A DNA stretch of 64,000 bases from an uncultured virus (IMG/VR IMGVR_UViG_3300002092_000038). Taxonomy: Duplodnaviria; Heunggongvirae; Uroviricota; Caudoviricetes. The translations under genes were made by a program, and so were the position numbers. This document shows, piece by piece, positions 10,063 to 19,871 of the stretch. Location: the IMG/VR virus record IMGVR_UViG_3300002092_000038; one strand, given 5' to 3'. A model generated the notes under the pieces. It was given only the letters and a program-made list of their open reading frames with translations. It was not told where the DNA came from and did not search any database. Every line of letters begins with the position of its first letter. Position 1 is the first letter of the stretch.

Positions 10063-10493
10063 TAGTAAAATTTAAGAAATTACATCCTGATGCAGTAATA
10101 CCACAATATGCACATCCAGGTGAAGACGCTGGATTGGATTTAACTTGTATAAATGTTTATTCAAATACTGGTTATATAGGTTATAAAACAGGAATAGCTG
10201 TAGAAATACCACAAGGTTATGTAGGATATTTATTTCCTAGAAGTAGTAATTGTAAAAAAGATCTTTTACTTACAAATTCTGTAGGAGTAGTAGATAGTGG
10301 GTATCGTGGAGAAATTGAATTCAGATTTAAACATATCCCTAATAGAAATACTTCAATTGGTGATTATTATGGTATAGGAGACAAAGTAGGACAACTAGTT
10401 ATTATGCCTTATCCTTTTATAGAACCTATAGAAGTAGAAGAATTATCAGAATCAAATCGTGGTACTAATGGATATGGATCAAGTGGAAATTAA
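10059..10493 (+). CDS. dut: trimeric dUTPase
   Basis: AGLDL, PRSS, GVVDSGYRGE, GQLV, RGTNGYGSSG. Confidence 0.95.
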   Translation: MIVKFKKLHPDAVIPQYAHPGEDAGLDLTCINVYSNTGYIGYKTGIAVEIPQGYVGYLFPRSSNCKKDLLLTNSVGVVDSGYRGEIEFRFKHIPNRNTSIGDYYGIGDKVGQLVIMPYPFIEPIEVEELSESNRGTNGYGSSGN

Positions 10494-10779
10494 TGAACAT
10501 ATATTTGATGTACCTCTAACACCAGAAGAATGTTTTAATTTAGATGTTCCTTTAGAAGAAGAGCATAGAAAAGGAAAAGATAGTAGGACTTGGGGCAAAA
10601 ATGTATTAGAAGATTCTACAAAATCTGGTGTAGGAGGTAGAATACATGAATTACTTTCAGATAAACCTACTACTAGAGAATGGAAAAAACTTCAAGATTG
10701 GAAAAAAGAACTAGAAGAACTATATGAAAAATATAATGAGCTTGTTGGTTTTGAAGCTTTTGGTAAAGATTTTGATTAA
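10459..10779 (+). CDS. hypothetical protein (true start may be a later Met)
   Basis: ORF overlapping the dut end. Confidence 0.6.
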   Translation: MVLMDMDQVEINEHIFDVPLTPEECFNLDVPLEEEHRKGKDSRTWGKNVLEDSTKSGVGGRIHELLSDKPTTREWKKLQDWKKELEELYEKYNELVGFEAFGKDFD

Positions 10780-10795
10780 TTTATAAAATAAACTA

Positions 10796-11209
10796 ATGGA
10801 ATTAGAATTTAGACAAAGTGTGTTTACACATTATTATACAAATAAACAAGGACAAAGTATTAAATTTGAACTATTGGACGATAAACATACTTGTGTAGTC
10901 TCAGATTGTCCTTCAGGAGTAATTAGAAAAGGGGAAGAAGAACAGTCAGCAATAGTAAAGAAAAACCAACCTAATAGAGAGATTAAATTAATTTTTGCAG
11001 AACCTTTAGGGGGTCCTTTTATAGCTTTAGGTTTTAATTTAGAAGATTTTTTATTAAGTAAACAAGCTTTTTTAGAATCTAAAACTAAAAAAACTATTAA
11101 TAAAATAGAAGTAATAGATAGTAAAATCTACATAACTTATGAAGAAAGTCCCATTAGAAAAGAGTCAAAAACCACTGAAAAGAACACCACTCAAGAAACA
11201 GAATCTTAA
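10796..11209 (+). CDS. hypothetical protein
   Basis: 137-aa ORF. Confidence 0.6.
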   Translation: MELEFRQSVFTHYYTNKQGQSIKFELLDDKHTCVVSDCPSGVIRKGEEEQSAIVKKNQPNREIKLIFAEPLGGPFIALGFNLEDFLLSKQAFLESKTKKTINKIEVIDSKIYITYEESPIRKESKTTEKNTTQETES

Positions 11210-11534
11210 TTCTGCTAAAATAAAACAAGAAGAAAGAGCTGTAACACGTTTAGAAGATAGTATATTTTATAATGAAATATGGACAAAAAGAAGTCAAAAA
11301 TCAGATTTAACAGGTAATTGGTTAGGTAATCAATTATTAACTTCTTATTTTCACCATCTACTACCTAAAAGTTTATATCCTCAATATAGACATAAAAAAT
11401 GGAATATACTTCTTTGTGAAGATTTCTATCATAATCAAATAGAAATAAAAGAAACAGGACTTCCAAAAGAAATATATGATAAATTTATTAATATTTTAAA
11501 TCAAGCAAAAAAGAAAGCTGGACTATTAATTTAG
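11139..11534 (+). CDS. HNH-like nuclease
   Basis: HHLLPKSLYP...NILLC...H; basic N-terminus KRTPLKK. Confidence 0.55.
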   Translation: MKKVPLEKSQKPLKRTPLKKQNLNSAKIKQEERAVTRLEDSIFYNEIWTKRSQKSDLTGNWLGNQLLTSYFHHLLPKSLYPQYRHKKWNILLCEDFYHNQIEIKETGLPKEIYDKFINILNQAKKKAGLLI

Positions 11535-11546
11535 TCCAGCTTTTTT
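11514..11546. terminator. bidirectional terminator at the convergence of the two gene blocks
   Basis: AAAGCTGGACTA-6nt-TAGTCCAGCTTT flanked by A and T runs. Confidence 0.85.
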
Positions 11547-11563
11547 ATTTTATACTTTTAAAA

Positions 11564-12061
11564 TTAGTCTACAAAAGTCTTATCTAATTCTACTTGATCA
11601 GAATCTATATGTTCATCTAATGGTATCCCAGGAATTACTTCTCCCATAATTTCTGGACTAGATTCTATAAATTCAACACCCTCACTTAATGGCCTATCAA
11701 GAATTGGTTCTGATTTCTTACCTACAGGAAATTCTTTATTTCTAGACATTGCTTGTTCCATATCCATTTGTTTTTTATTAAGTTTCCTAACTTGTCCTGT
11801 AGCAGCATAAGCTTCCATTTTCTTATTTACTAATTCTTGTAAAGAAGCTATAGATAAAGTATTTTGTGCTTCTAATAACTTAGCTGTAAATTCAGGATTT
11901 TCTGTTATTCTCTTTAAACTATTAGATAATAATGCAAATTCTTCTCCAGTAAAAACAAACCTATCATCAGGTTCCCATTTATAATAAAGACTATCATTCA
12001 TATCTTTATTATTGGCTGAATTATTCTTATTTATAAGATCGTTTGTTAATGTCTTTTTCAT
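11564..12061 (-). CDS. hypothetical protein
   Basis: 165-aa ORF. Confidence 0.6.
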   Translation of the reverse strand: MKKTLTNDLINKNNSANNKDMNDSLYYKWEPDDRFVFTGEEFALLSNSLKRITENPEFTAKLLEAQNTLSIASLQELVNKKMEAYAATGQVRKLNKKQMDMEQAMSRNKEFPVGKKSEPILDRPLSEGVEFIESSPEIMGEVIPGIPLDEHIDSDQVELDKTFVD

Positions 12062-12321
12062 ATTTTTTGTGTATTTGAATTAATTGTTTGAATATCATTA
12101 TTGGAACAAATAGAACTTGGTTGTTGTAAATATTCTACTTCTGCTAATTTCATTGGACATTGTGTAGTATTATATACAATTTCTTTATTTTTTAAAAAGT
12201 ATATTTCATTATGTAACATTTCTATTTCATCATAAAATTCTTCATAGGTTTTTTTTACTTTGTTAAAGTACATTTCTTCTATACCTATACCTATTAAAAG
12301 ACCTACTATTACTTCAATCAT
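12058..12321 (-). CDS. small protein with N-terminal hydrophobic segment
   Basis: MIEVIVGLLIGIGI. Confidence 0.55.
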   Translation of the reverse strand: MIEVIVGLLIGIGIEEMYFNKVKKTYEEFYDEIEMLHNEIYFLKNKEIVYNTTQCPMKLAEVEYLQQPSSICSNNDIQTINSNTQKI

Positions 12322-12722
12322 ATATTAATATCTGTAGGATTATCTAATATTTCTTTTTTCATAGAATCTTTCTTTTCTTGTTCTGATTTCATGAATTTTT
12401 CCATAGCATTAACCATAAGCATTTTTTGAATCTGATGTTTATATTTTTGAAGAGATTGACAAAACCTTCTTCTTACTTTATAATTTTCATATTCTTCGTC
12501 TTCTAACCTTACTACAGGTAAATCATGAAAATATAAATAATCTTCCCTAGTAAATTCTCCTTGCTTTATAAACAAAAGAATTTTAGTAAGATTTTTACTA
12601 CCGAATTCATATACACCCATAATTTTTTCAGGTGCAATTAAATCCCAACTATTGTAAATTAATTTGTTTGGGCCTCTTTCTTCTGTAGGAGAAGTTGTCA
12701 TTGGCTGTGTTTCTTGTATCAT
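12318..12722 (-). CDS. hypothetical protein (start placed at ATG 12722, MIQETQ)
   Basis: ORF; a promoter-like motif covers the track's upstream start. Confidence 0.55.
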   Translation of the reverse strand: MIQETQPMTTSPTEERGPNKLIYNSWDLIAPEKIMGVYEFGSKNLTKILLFIKQGEFTREDYLYFHDLPVVRLEDEEYENYKVRRRFCQSLQKYKHQIQKMLMVNAMEKFMKSEQEKKDSMKKEILDNPTDINI

Positions 12723-12726
12723 GATG

Positions 12727-12756
12727 TAAAGGTACAACAAATTTTAATTGTACCAA
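12727..12756 (-). promoter_or_regulatory. Bacteroidota-type promoter variant TTGGTA-N16-TACCTTTA
   Basis: Near match to the repeated motif at 18320, 44056 and 56376. Confidence 0.5.
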
Positions 12757-12771
12757 CTTTTAAATTGTTAA

Positions 12772-13053
12772 TTATATTACAATTTCAAAAGAAATAATAT
12801 GAGATATAGCTAAACTTTTAGAAAAAGTTATTTTAATACCTAAATGTTTATTTATCCATAATAGATTATCTATTATTTCTTTTTTATAATCTTGATTAGA
12901 AGGAGTAATATGTACTATTACTTTTTCAGGATTACAAATAACTTTAGTTTTAAAATCAGGATCAGAAAATCTAATTATTTCTATTATTACAGATAACAAT
13001 TCTAAAGAAGAATCTGATATTTTGCTTGGTCCTAAATATTCCACTTGATTCAT
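12772..13053 (-). CDS. hypothetical protein
   Basis: 93-aa ORF. Confidence 0.55.
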   Translation of the reverse strand: MNQVEYLGPSKISDSSLELLSVIIEIIRFSDPDFKTKVICNPEKVIVHITPSNQDYKKEIIDNLLWINKHLGIKITFSKSLAISHIISFEIVI

Positions 13054-13766
13054 TTCTTTGATTTTATAGCTATTAAATTATAAGTAATTCCCAATCCTAT
13101 AAAAGGCATAAATTTACCAGTAGAAGGTATGTACTGTACTCCTAAAGATGGTCCTATAACAAATCTTTCTTTTGGTACTTTTATAGTATAACTTTCTCCT
13201 ACAGTAGTATTAACTAACTGATTAGAATGTTTTAAAAAAGTAGTATAAACAGAAGATTTGAATAAATAATTCTTTTTTATAGTTAAAGCACTTAAAGTAT
13301 CATTAGTTAAATGTAAATAAAAGTTACCATATTTTGTTTTAGAATTACCTGTAAAAGTTACTTCATAATACCTACTAGAATCCTTAGCAAAAATACTGTG
13401 AGCAGTATCATTAATATAAAAAGGTACAGGTTTTAATATAGTGTCTACGCTACCTACATATTGTAAAAAAGATTGTGTTTTTCCTTTTACTTTCCATATT
13501 TTTTTAATAGAATCTGTTAAGTTGTTTATATCTTTTTGAGTATAAAAGTGTTCTTCAATAGCAGACACTACTTTGCCATCTTTACCTAAATGGTTTTGTA
13601 CTTGTTCTAATTTAGGTTTTTCTGTATTACTTATAGGTTTATTTATTTTATGTATACCAAAAAGTATTAATAAAATTACTCCTAATAATAAGACTAGATC
13701 TTTAATAGGTATAGTTTTGTTGCCTATTATTTTTAAAAAAGAAAAAAATTGAGTTATGTAAATCAT
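13050..13766 (-). CDS. membrane protein with N-terminal TM and C-terminal amphipathic beta-hairpin; spanin candidate
   Basis: LVLLLGVILLILFGI; RFVIGPSLGVQY...PFIGLGITYNL. Confidence 0.5.
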   Translation of the reverse strand: MIYITQFFSFLKIIGNKTIPIKDLVLLLGVILLILFGIHKINKPISNTEKPKLEQVQNHLGKDGKVVSAIEEHFYTQKDINNLTDSIKKIWKVKGKTQSFLQYVGSVDTILKPVPFYINDTAHSIFAKDSSRYYEVTFTGNSKTKYGNFYLHLTNDTLSALTIKKNYLFKSSVYTTFLKHSNQLVNTTVGESYTIKVPKERFVIGPSLGVQYIPSTGKFMPFIGLGITYNLIAIKSKK

Positions 13767-13776
13767 GATATTATTT

Positions 13777-14082
13777 TTAATTTATTAATGTAATTGGTAT
13801 TTTATTAGCTATAAAAGAGTAAACAAAAGAACTATCTCCTATCCAATTTTTATAATCTTCACCGCCAATAGTTAAAGTACCAGTATAAAGCATAATAGCT
13901 TTATTTTCTGTTTCAGTAATTTCTAAATTATATAAAACATATTTAATAACACTAGCATTTTCTAAATTATCATCTATTATAGAAGCAGTTAAAACATTTG
14001 CTTGTATTAAATCTATGAAAGTAATAGTTATTGGTTGTATAGGTACATAATTACCTATTAAATCATTTTTAAGTATATTCAT
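13777..14082 (-). CDS. hypothetical fibre-associated protein
   Basis: 101-aa ORF downstream of fibre genes. Confidence 0.55.
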   Translation of the reverse strand: MNILKNDLIGNYVPIQPITITFIDLIQANVLTASIIDDNLENASVIKYVLYNLEITETENKAIMLYTGTLTIGGEDYKNWIGDSSFVYSFIANKIPITLIN

Positions 14083-14086
14083 AATT

Positions 14087-14725
14087 TTAGTTTTTATATG
14101 AAGCTATCATACATCCAGTATAGTGCATTGTTGTACCTGTAAATGTTACATTTTCTGTTTGTATGTATTGTTGAGTTTTATAATATAAAACAAGTCCTTG
14201 CCAACTACCTGCAAGAAAGGGTAAATTTACTAATGTATATCCTGTAACTGCTGCTGGTGTACCAGAAGGTAATGTACCTGTAGCAGCAGATGCAATTATT
14301 AAATCTCCATTTAATGTAGGAGTTATTGCTCCTGTAGAAAAAGTTGCCTGATTAGTAGAGTTATTACCATTCTGAACATCAAAAGAAGGAGTAGGTATTG
14401 TAGATCCTGTAAAGCATCCAACCCATACAGACCATGCACTTGCTGTTATATTAAATGTCATAGAACTTGTTGTTACAGGATTAACTATATACCCTTGTCT
14501 AGTATATACCCCACTACCATAAGCAGTACTATAACTATAAAGATTACTTGAACTGTCTGTAAATGCTGGTGCTGCTGAACCTGAACCTATTACAACTACA
14601 ATTAAAGTTGTATTTGAAGGAATGCCTGTTACAACAACAGACCCATTAGTTAATGAGTGTCCTGTATTTGAAGCTACCAGTGTGTATTGGGGTGTAGTGT
14701 TATAAAGTAATAATCTCTTTCCCAT
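14087..14725 (-). CDS. putative fibre tip or adhesin protein
   Basis: Ser/Thr/Gly-rich beta-type sequence (ITPTLNGDLIIA); coupled to the fibre gene. Confidence 0.55.
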   Translation of the reverse strand: MGKRLLLYNTTPQYTLVASNTGHSLTNGSVVVTGIPSNTTLIVVVIGSGSAAPAFTDSSSNLYSYSTAYGSGVYTRQGYIVNPVTTSSMTFNITASAWSVWVGCFTGSTIPTPSFDVQNGNNSTNQATFSTGAITPTLNGDLIIASAATGTLPSGTPAAVTGYTLVNLPFLAGSWQGLVLYYKTQQYIQTENVTFTGTTMHYTGCMIASYKN

Positions 14726-16263
14726 TATGTTCTTGTATATTTAATTGTAGCTTGTAAATTTACAAGGCTACTATTACTTGATATAACAAGTGTTACTTTA
14801 TCACCAACAACAACAGTATTAGCAGCAGAAGCTGTACCTGTAGCAATAGTTGATGATACTGAAGTTGCAGATATACCAGTAACATTTGTACCATTAATTT
14901 TTAATGCAGCAGTACATGTTCCTGAAGTACTTATAATTTTAAGTTCATTTATTGTGTATCCATATTCTGCATATAATTCTAAAGTATATGTTTGTGCTGG
15001 AATGGCTGATCCTATATCATTAAGAGAAATAGATTCTACCATACCTGTATAAGCAGAAGGCACTGCAGTTATAGTTATATTACCTGTACCATCGAAAGAT
15101 ACTCCATTAATAGTCCTGGCTGTTTGTAATTTAGGAGCAGATACTATTGTTATAACTGGAGTTGTAGTTGTTGTAGCTACTGTAGCATTACCGTCTGCTG
15201 ATGTTACACTTGTTACTGTACCAGATCCTCCACCACCAGTAGCTGTTAAAGTAGTTCCTGATAGTGATAATCCTGAACCTATTGTTATTTCTTGAATAGG
15301 AGTTGTTGTAGAACTACTACCTAAAAGTTTGGACGTAGTAGAAACAGCTTGCATTTTAGCATAAGTAACTGCATTGGAAGCTATTGTAGATGCTACAGAG
15401 CCAGGACCAGAAGCAGTTACATCACCTGTAAGAGCAGTTATATAGTTGCCTGATGCTTGTTTGTTATTAAATATATTCCAATCAGTTGATGATAAATAAC
15501 CATCTGTACTAGTAGTAGATTGTGTTATACTAAAAACACCTGTTGTATTATTATATGATATAGGAGCTATTGATGATAATGATGTAAGTGATATGCCTCC
15601 TAAACCTGCTAAGGTATAAGTTGGTATATTTAAAACATTAGAAATCAATGTAGCAGAGCCACTTGCACCTGTTGTAGTTAATGATGTTATCCTATTAGTA
15701 TAAGCAGTATTCCAGTTAGTAGCACTTGTTATTCTACTATCTGCTAGTGTACCTGTCCATCCTAGTGTTAAACTTACAGATTGTAATAATGAAGTAGCAG
15801 GAGTACCTCCTAAAGTAAGAGTTACATTTGTATCGTCTGTTTTAGTAAGGGCAGCAGGAACTACTGTAGAAGGAGAAGTATTAGTTATTGTAAAATTTGG
15901 ATATGTTCCTGAAATAGTTATACCAGTACCATTGTTAAGAACAACAGTTTGGTCAGGAGCTGTATTAGTAACTAATATAGAGCCTGATGTGGTTATAGGA
16001 CCACCAGAAACACTTATACCAGTACCAGAAGTTAAATCAACACTAGTTACAGTACCAGAACCAGAAGAAACAGATTGATTTACCCAAATACCACTTTGAT
16101 ATGTTAAAACCTGTCCATTTGTAGGAGAAGTAATAGTAACATCAGTTAATTGCTCTAAATAAAGACCAACTAAGGCATACAATTCTGCAAATGTATACCA
16201 TTGTCTTACAGAAGAAGAATCTGTAGCAGCTATTCTATTTGGTAATGGTGTTGAAGATGGCAT
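14725..16263 (-). CDS. tail or head fibre protein
   Basis: LTDVTITSPTNGQVL, two GSGTVTSV repeats, TDGYLSSTDW, LQTARTINGVSFDGTGNITI fibre motifs. Confidence 0.8.
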   Translation of the reverse strand: MPSSTPLPNRIAATDSSSVRQWYTFAELYALVGLYLEQLTDVTITSPTNGQVLTYQSGIWVNQSVSSGSGTVTSVDLTSGTGISVSGGPITTSGSILVTNTAPDQTVVLNNGTGITISGTYPNFTITNTSPSTVVPAALTKTDDTNVTLTLGGTPATSLLQSVSLTLGWTGTLADSRITSATNWNTAYTNRITSLTTTGASGSATLISNVLNIPTYTLAGLGGISLTSLSSIAPISYNNTTGVFSITQSTTSTDGYLSSTDWNIFNNKQASGNYITALTGDVTASGPGSVASTIASNAVTYAKMQAVSTTSKLLGSSSTTTPIQEITIGSGLSLSGTTLTATGGGGSGTVTSVTSADGNATVATTTTTPVITIVSAPKLQTARTINGVSFDGTGNITITAVPSAYTGMVESISLNDIGSAIPAQTYTLELYAEYGYTINELKIISTSGTCTAALKINGTNVTGISATSVSSTIATGTASAANTVVVGDKVTLVISSNSSLVNLQATIKYTRT

Positions 16264-16269
16264 ATGCTT

Positions 16270-16315
16270 AAAATAAAAATACTGTCACCATTTTGAATAA
16301 AAAAAGTGACAGTAT
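16270..16315 (-). terminator. intrinsic terminator-like hairpin
   Basis: ATACTGTCAC ... GTGACAGTAT followed by a T tract on the minus strand. Confidence 0.6.
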
Positions 16316-16333
16316 CAAGTTATTTCATAATAT

Positions 16334-16678
16334 TTATTTATTTAAAATTGTTGTAAAAATATTAGCTATGTTTTGAGGCATTTTATCTATTTTGTCTGAG
16401 AGATCTCTATGAGAATCTTTTAGATTCTGTTCTAATTCTGCCATCTTGTTTTCTACCTTAGAATAACTATCTTTCATATTATTCTCTAATTTTGAATGAT
16501 TTTCCTTGGTATTTTCTTTAAAGTTAGCAAAATCGTTTTTCATTAAATCCACTTTACTATTTAATCTAAAGTAACAAGCTACCAAAGAAATTATTCCTCC
16601 TATTATTTCTATTAAATGTACAGTTAATTCTGATACAGAACCTACTAAAGTTAAATTTTCAGCTTGTAATAATAACAT
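16334..16678 (-). CDS. single-TM coiled-coil protein, holin-like
   Basis: LIEIIGGIISLVACYF followed by a coiled coil. Confidence 0.5.
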   Translation of the reverse strand: MLLLQAENLTLVGSVSELTVHLIEIIGGIISLVACYFRLNSKVDLMKNDFANFKENTKENHSKLENNMKDSYSKVENKMAELEQNLKDSHRDLSDKIDKMPQNIANIFTTILNK

Positions 16679-16737
16679 GAGTTTATAAGTTTAAAAGTTT
16701 AAAAAGTAGTAACAAAAATAAGCTTATAAACTTAAAA

Positions 16738-17244
16738 TTAATCATCAGATAAAACTACAGTATACTGTGATCTAGGACTAATAGAAGTAGTAAATACTGT
16801 AGATTTAGTACTGCCAACTAAAAGAGAAGGTGATGCAGCAGATATAGTTCCTGTACCTACTATAGTAGCAGTATTTACATCTACACCTCCTGTAAGAGTC
16901 CCTGTTAAAGTAAGAGTAAACGTCATATTATATCCATTTGGTATAATAAATGACCTAATACCACCAGATTGTGCAATAGTACCACTAAAATTAATAGTAT
17001 CATCACTTGATACTAAAGAAGCAACTACGCCTCCAGGATTACTACCATTGGTAGAATTATTAATTACTGTCAATATAGCATCTTCACTACCACAACAGAC
17101 ATTAGGAGTACCTTCACTACGCCAAGTGCCATCTCTAGGAGACCCCAATTTAACATTTCTTGTACATTCTGTGCCTGGAATTTTATTTCCGTTTCCATCT
17201 ATTCTATACCAAACAACTAATTTTGCTGTATTTTGATCTGCCAT
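16738..17244 (-). CDS. putative head decoration protein
   Basis: N-terminal WYRIDGNGNKIPG...W...CC module followed by an Ig-like beta region. Confidence 0.5.
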   Translation of the reverse strand: MADQNTAKLVVWYRIDGNGNKIPGTECTRNVKLGSPRDGTWRSEGTPNVCCGSEDAILTVINNSTNGSNPGGVVASLVSSDDTINFSGTIAQSGGIRSFIIPNGYNMTFTLTLTGTLTGGVDVNTATIVGTGTISAASPSLLVGSTKSTVFTTSISPRSQYTVVLSDD

Positions 17245-17250
17245 AATATT

Positions 17251-18288
17251 TTATTTAACTATTTCTATTTGATTAATTTTTGTTATTGCTGTATCTTTCA
17301 TATCTTGAATAATTTTCCAATAATTAAAAATACAAAAATCTTTATTCATTTGTCCCCAAATTTCCACGTTCCAAGGAGTACACAAGTTACTACGAAAATA
17401 AGAATGAGACTTATCGAAAAACATAAATTCATGTGTTTTTTTAAAATCTTCTGTTAACCCTGAATTATGAAATATATAATTTTTATTCCAATCTTCTATA
17501 GGAGAAGTTGCCCATGAGAAATTTAATTCTTTTGGTGTAGAAAGAGATTTTTGTGTTAACAATAAATTCCACCAAACTACAAAAAGATCTGTACACCAAG
17601 ATTGAAATCCTAATTTTTCATTAGGAAAGTATTCTCTATTTATTTCATCTAAATAAAGTTTTACTTTAAAGCAATCATTTTGTACTTTTTCCCAAAATCT
17701 CCAATCTATATTTTTAAGAATATATTGACAGCCTCCCATTATACCAGCTTTTTCAATAATTTCTCTATTTATTCCTATTAGTTTTGCACACTTATCAAGT
17801 ACATCTATTTCAGTATACTTAGCTTGTTTATGCAACATTACATCTTTCTTTTTAGAATCGAAATAATGGTGATCATTATAAGAACTAATATCACTGGCAT
17901 AAATCTTATCATCATTTAGATAAGGAGTAAAGTCAAATTTTTTAGTGAATATTACATCACTATCTATATAATAAATAGTTTTTTCTTCTAAAAATGGAAA
18001 AATTTTAAAATATTCTTTAAGGCAATAAGGTCTGATAATTGGGAGATATACTTTGATCATATTTTTTATCTCCGAGACATCAAAGTAATTAAAAATTACT
18101 TCAGAGTATTTATTAGATAAAGGTTGCCAATATTTTTCTATACAATCTTCAGTTTGAGAATTATAAGCTATTAAAACAGTAGCCTTTTGTGATAAATTAA
18201 ATTTTCTTAAACTTTCAACCCAAACTTCAATTTCCCAACAAAAAGCTAAATCAGCAGGAACTACCGTTATAATATTTAATTCTTTCAT
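17251..18288 (-). CDS. GT-A fold glycosyltransferase
   Basis: IRPY, YYIDSDVIF (DxD), GGCQY, WCTDL, FHNSG motifs. Confidence 0.7.
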   Translation of the reverse strand: MKELNIITVVPADLAFCWEIEVWVESLRKFNLSQKATVLIAYNSQTEDCIEKYWQPLSNKYSEVIFNYFDVSEIKNMIKVYLPIIRPYCLKEYFKIFPFLEEKTIYYIDSDVIFTKKFDFTPYLNDDKIYASDISSYNDHHYFDSKKKDVMLHKQAKYTEIDVLDKCAKLIGINREIIEKAGIMGGCQYILKNIDWRFWEKVQNDCFKVKLYLDEINREYFPNEKLGFQSWCTDLFVVWWNLLLTQKSLSTPKELNFSWATSPIEDWNKNYIFHNSGLTEDFKKTHEFMFFDKSHSYFRSNLCTPWNVEIWGQMNKDFCIFNYWKIIQDMKDTAITKINQIEIVK

Positions 18289-18319
18289 ATATAAATCGTA
18301 TCTTTGAATTATTAAAACC

Positions 18320-18351
18320 CAAAGATACGATTAAATTAGTTAAATACCAAA
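18320..18351 (-). promoter_or_regulatory. Bacteroidota-type promoter TTTGGTA-N17-TATCTTTG for the glycosyltransferase
   Basis: Exact -33/-7 consensus; overlaps the 13-bp inverted repeat 18294-18332. Confidence 0.7.
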
Positions 18352-19347
18352 TTATGCTGCTACACCTTTTACAACTACGACATTGAAAACAGGAGCTTCT
18401 GAAGTAGTACCTGTTAAGTCTGTTATTGTAAGTTTATAAGAACCTGCTGATACATTAGAAACTACTGCTGAATAAGCATCTGTACCAGATTTCTGATTTA
18501 CTATAATCACATCAGTAGCTGCTACTAAAGTATTAGTTACTGTAAAAGAAAATGGGGTAGCAGAACCTGCTGCTGAGAAAAGTGTGATTGCTCCAGAAGT
18601 CTTAGATAATGTTACACCAGTTGTTCTAGAAGTAGCTTGTGATACTGTACCACCAGCACCTGTAGCATAACCTATACCTGCTGTACCAGAAGAAGTTATC
18701 AAACCAGTAACAGCCATAGATGTACCAGATGCTACCCCAACATTAGGAGTAGTAAGAGTAGGAGAAGTAGCAAATACTAAGTTTCCTGTACCTGTAGCTC
18801 CTGTAGGAGTAACACTTTCTATTGTAGCATGACCACTTATAACAGGAGAAGTCATTGTCTGAACACCTGTAAAAGTATTAGCTGCATCACTTCTAGCTAT
18901 AGTAGCATTTGTAGCGGGGAAAGTCATGGTAGTACCATCAGTACCTGCCAATGTCAATGTATTATTAACAGAAAAAGTTTTACCACCAGCCACTGTTACA
19001 TTGGTTGCTCCTGAAGAAGTACCAACAACACCATAAGCTGCACCTGTCCACTCTATTAAAACACCTGAGTTAGGGTTTAAAACAGTACTTAATACTGTAA
19101 AAGATGTAGAACCTATATTAAATAATGGGAAAACAGTTTTACCTGCTGCCGTATTAGTAGGGTTTGGTACAGTAATAGTTTGTCCTGAAGTTGTTTGGTT
19201 TACATAAATAGTAGAAGCCACATCTACTGTAGTAGCTGCTGTACCTATTGTGCCACCTGAAGCCAAGTTAGCAATAGTTACTGCATTATCATTAAGTATT
19301 GATAGTTCTGTTCTTTTTACGTATTGATCTGTATTATTAAAAGTCAT
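18352..19347 (-). CDS. virion fibre or decoration protein
   Basis: Thr/Gly/Ala-rich; TGTGNLVFATSPTLTTP, GYATGAGGTVSQATS. Confidence 0.7.
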   Translation of the reverse strand: MTFNNTDQYVKRTELSILNDNAVTIANLASGGTIGTAATTVDVASTIYVNQTTSGQTITVPNPTNTAAGKTVFPLFNIGSTSFTVLSTVLNPNSGVLIEWTGAAYGVVGTSSGATNVTVAGGKTFSVNNTLTLAGTDGTTMTFPATNATIARSDAANTFTGVQTMTSPVISGHATIESVTPTGATGTGNLVFATSPTLTTPNVGVASGTSMAVTGLITSSGTAGIGYATGAGGTVSQATSRTTGVTLSKTSGAITLFSAAGSATPFSFTVTNTLVAATDVIIVNQKSGTDAYSAVVSNVSAGSYKLTITDLTGTTSEAPVFNVVVVKGVAA

Positions 19348-19384
19348 TTTAAATTTGTTTTTATTAATTAATTAATATTTATAA

Positions 19385-19786
19385 TTACCTAGTAGCTTGA
19401 ACTAATATTCTATTTTGACCATCTGAAAGTACACCAGGAACAGTAAATAAAAATGGAGTAGCTATTATTTTACCTCCTGAATTTACATTAACATTAGATC
19501 CTAAAGGATAACTAATAGAAGTTAGTCCTCCATCAGTAGAAACTGCTACTGAACCTAGTACAACTTGAAAAGAAATAGTTCTATAAGTATTAGCGTCTAA
19601 TCCTTGTTGATTAGCTGATAATAGGTTATACTGTTTAAAATCAACTGTTTTATCATTTTCTTCAGCTATAACAGAACTGTTATTTTTTAAAGCTTCTAAT
19701 ATAAGAGATAACCAAACAGATTCTTGAGAAGAATTGATTGTAATATGTTTACCTTTATTAGAAACTCCTATACCTGCTCTTACCAT
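19385..19786 (-). CDS. hypothetical protein, probably structural
   Basis: 133-aa ORF; a -7 box TATCTTTG lies at 19809-19816. Confidence 0.55.
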   Translation of the reverse strand: MVRAGIGVSNKGKHITINSSQESVWLSLILEALKNNSSVIAEENDKTVDFKQYNLLSANQQGLDANTYRTISFQVVLGSVAVSTDGGLTSISYPLGSNVNVNSGGKIIATPFLFTVPGVLSDGQNRILVQATR

Positions 19787-19871
19787 TTTGTCATTTTTAT
19801 AATTTAAGCAAAGATAGTGTATACCAATAATATATACTATATTTTATCATTTTAATTGATTTTTTCTTTCA

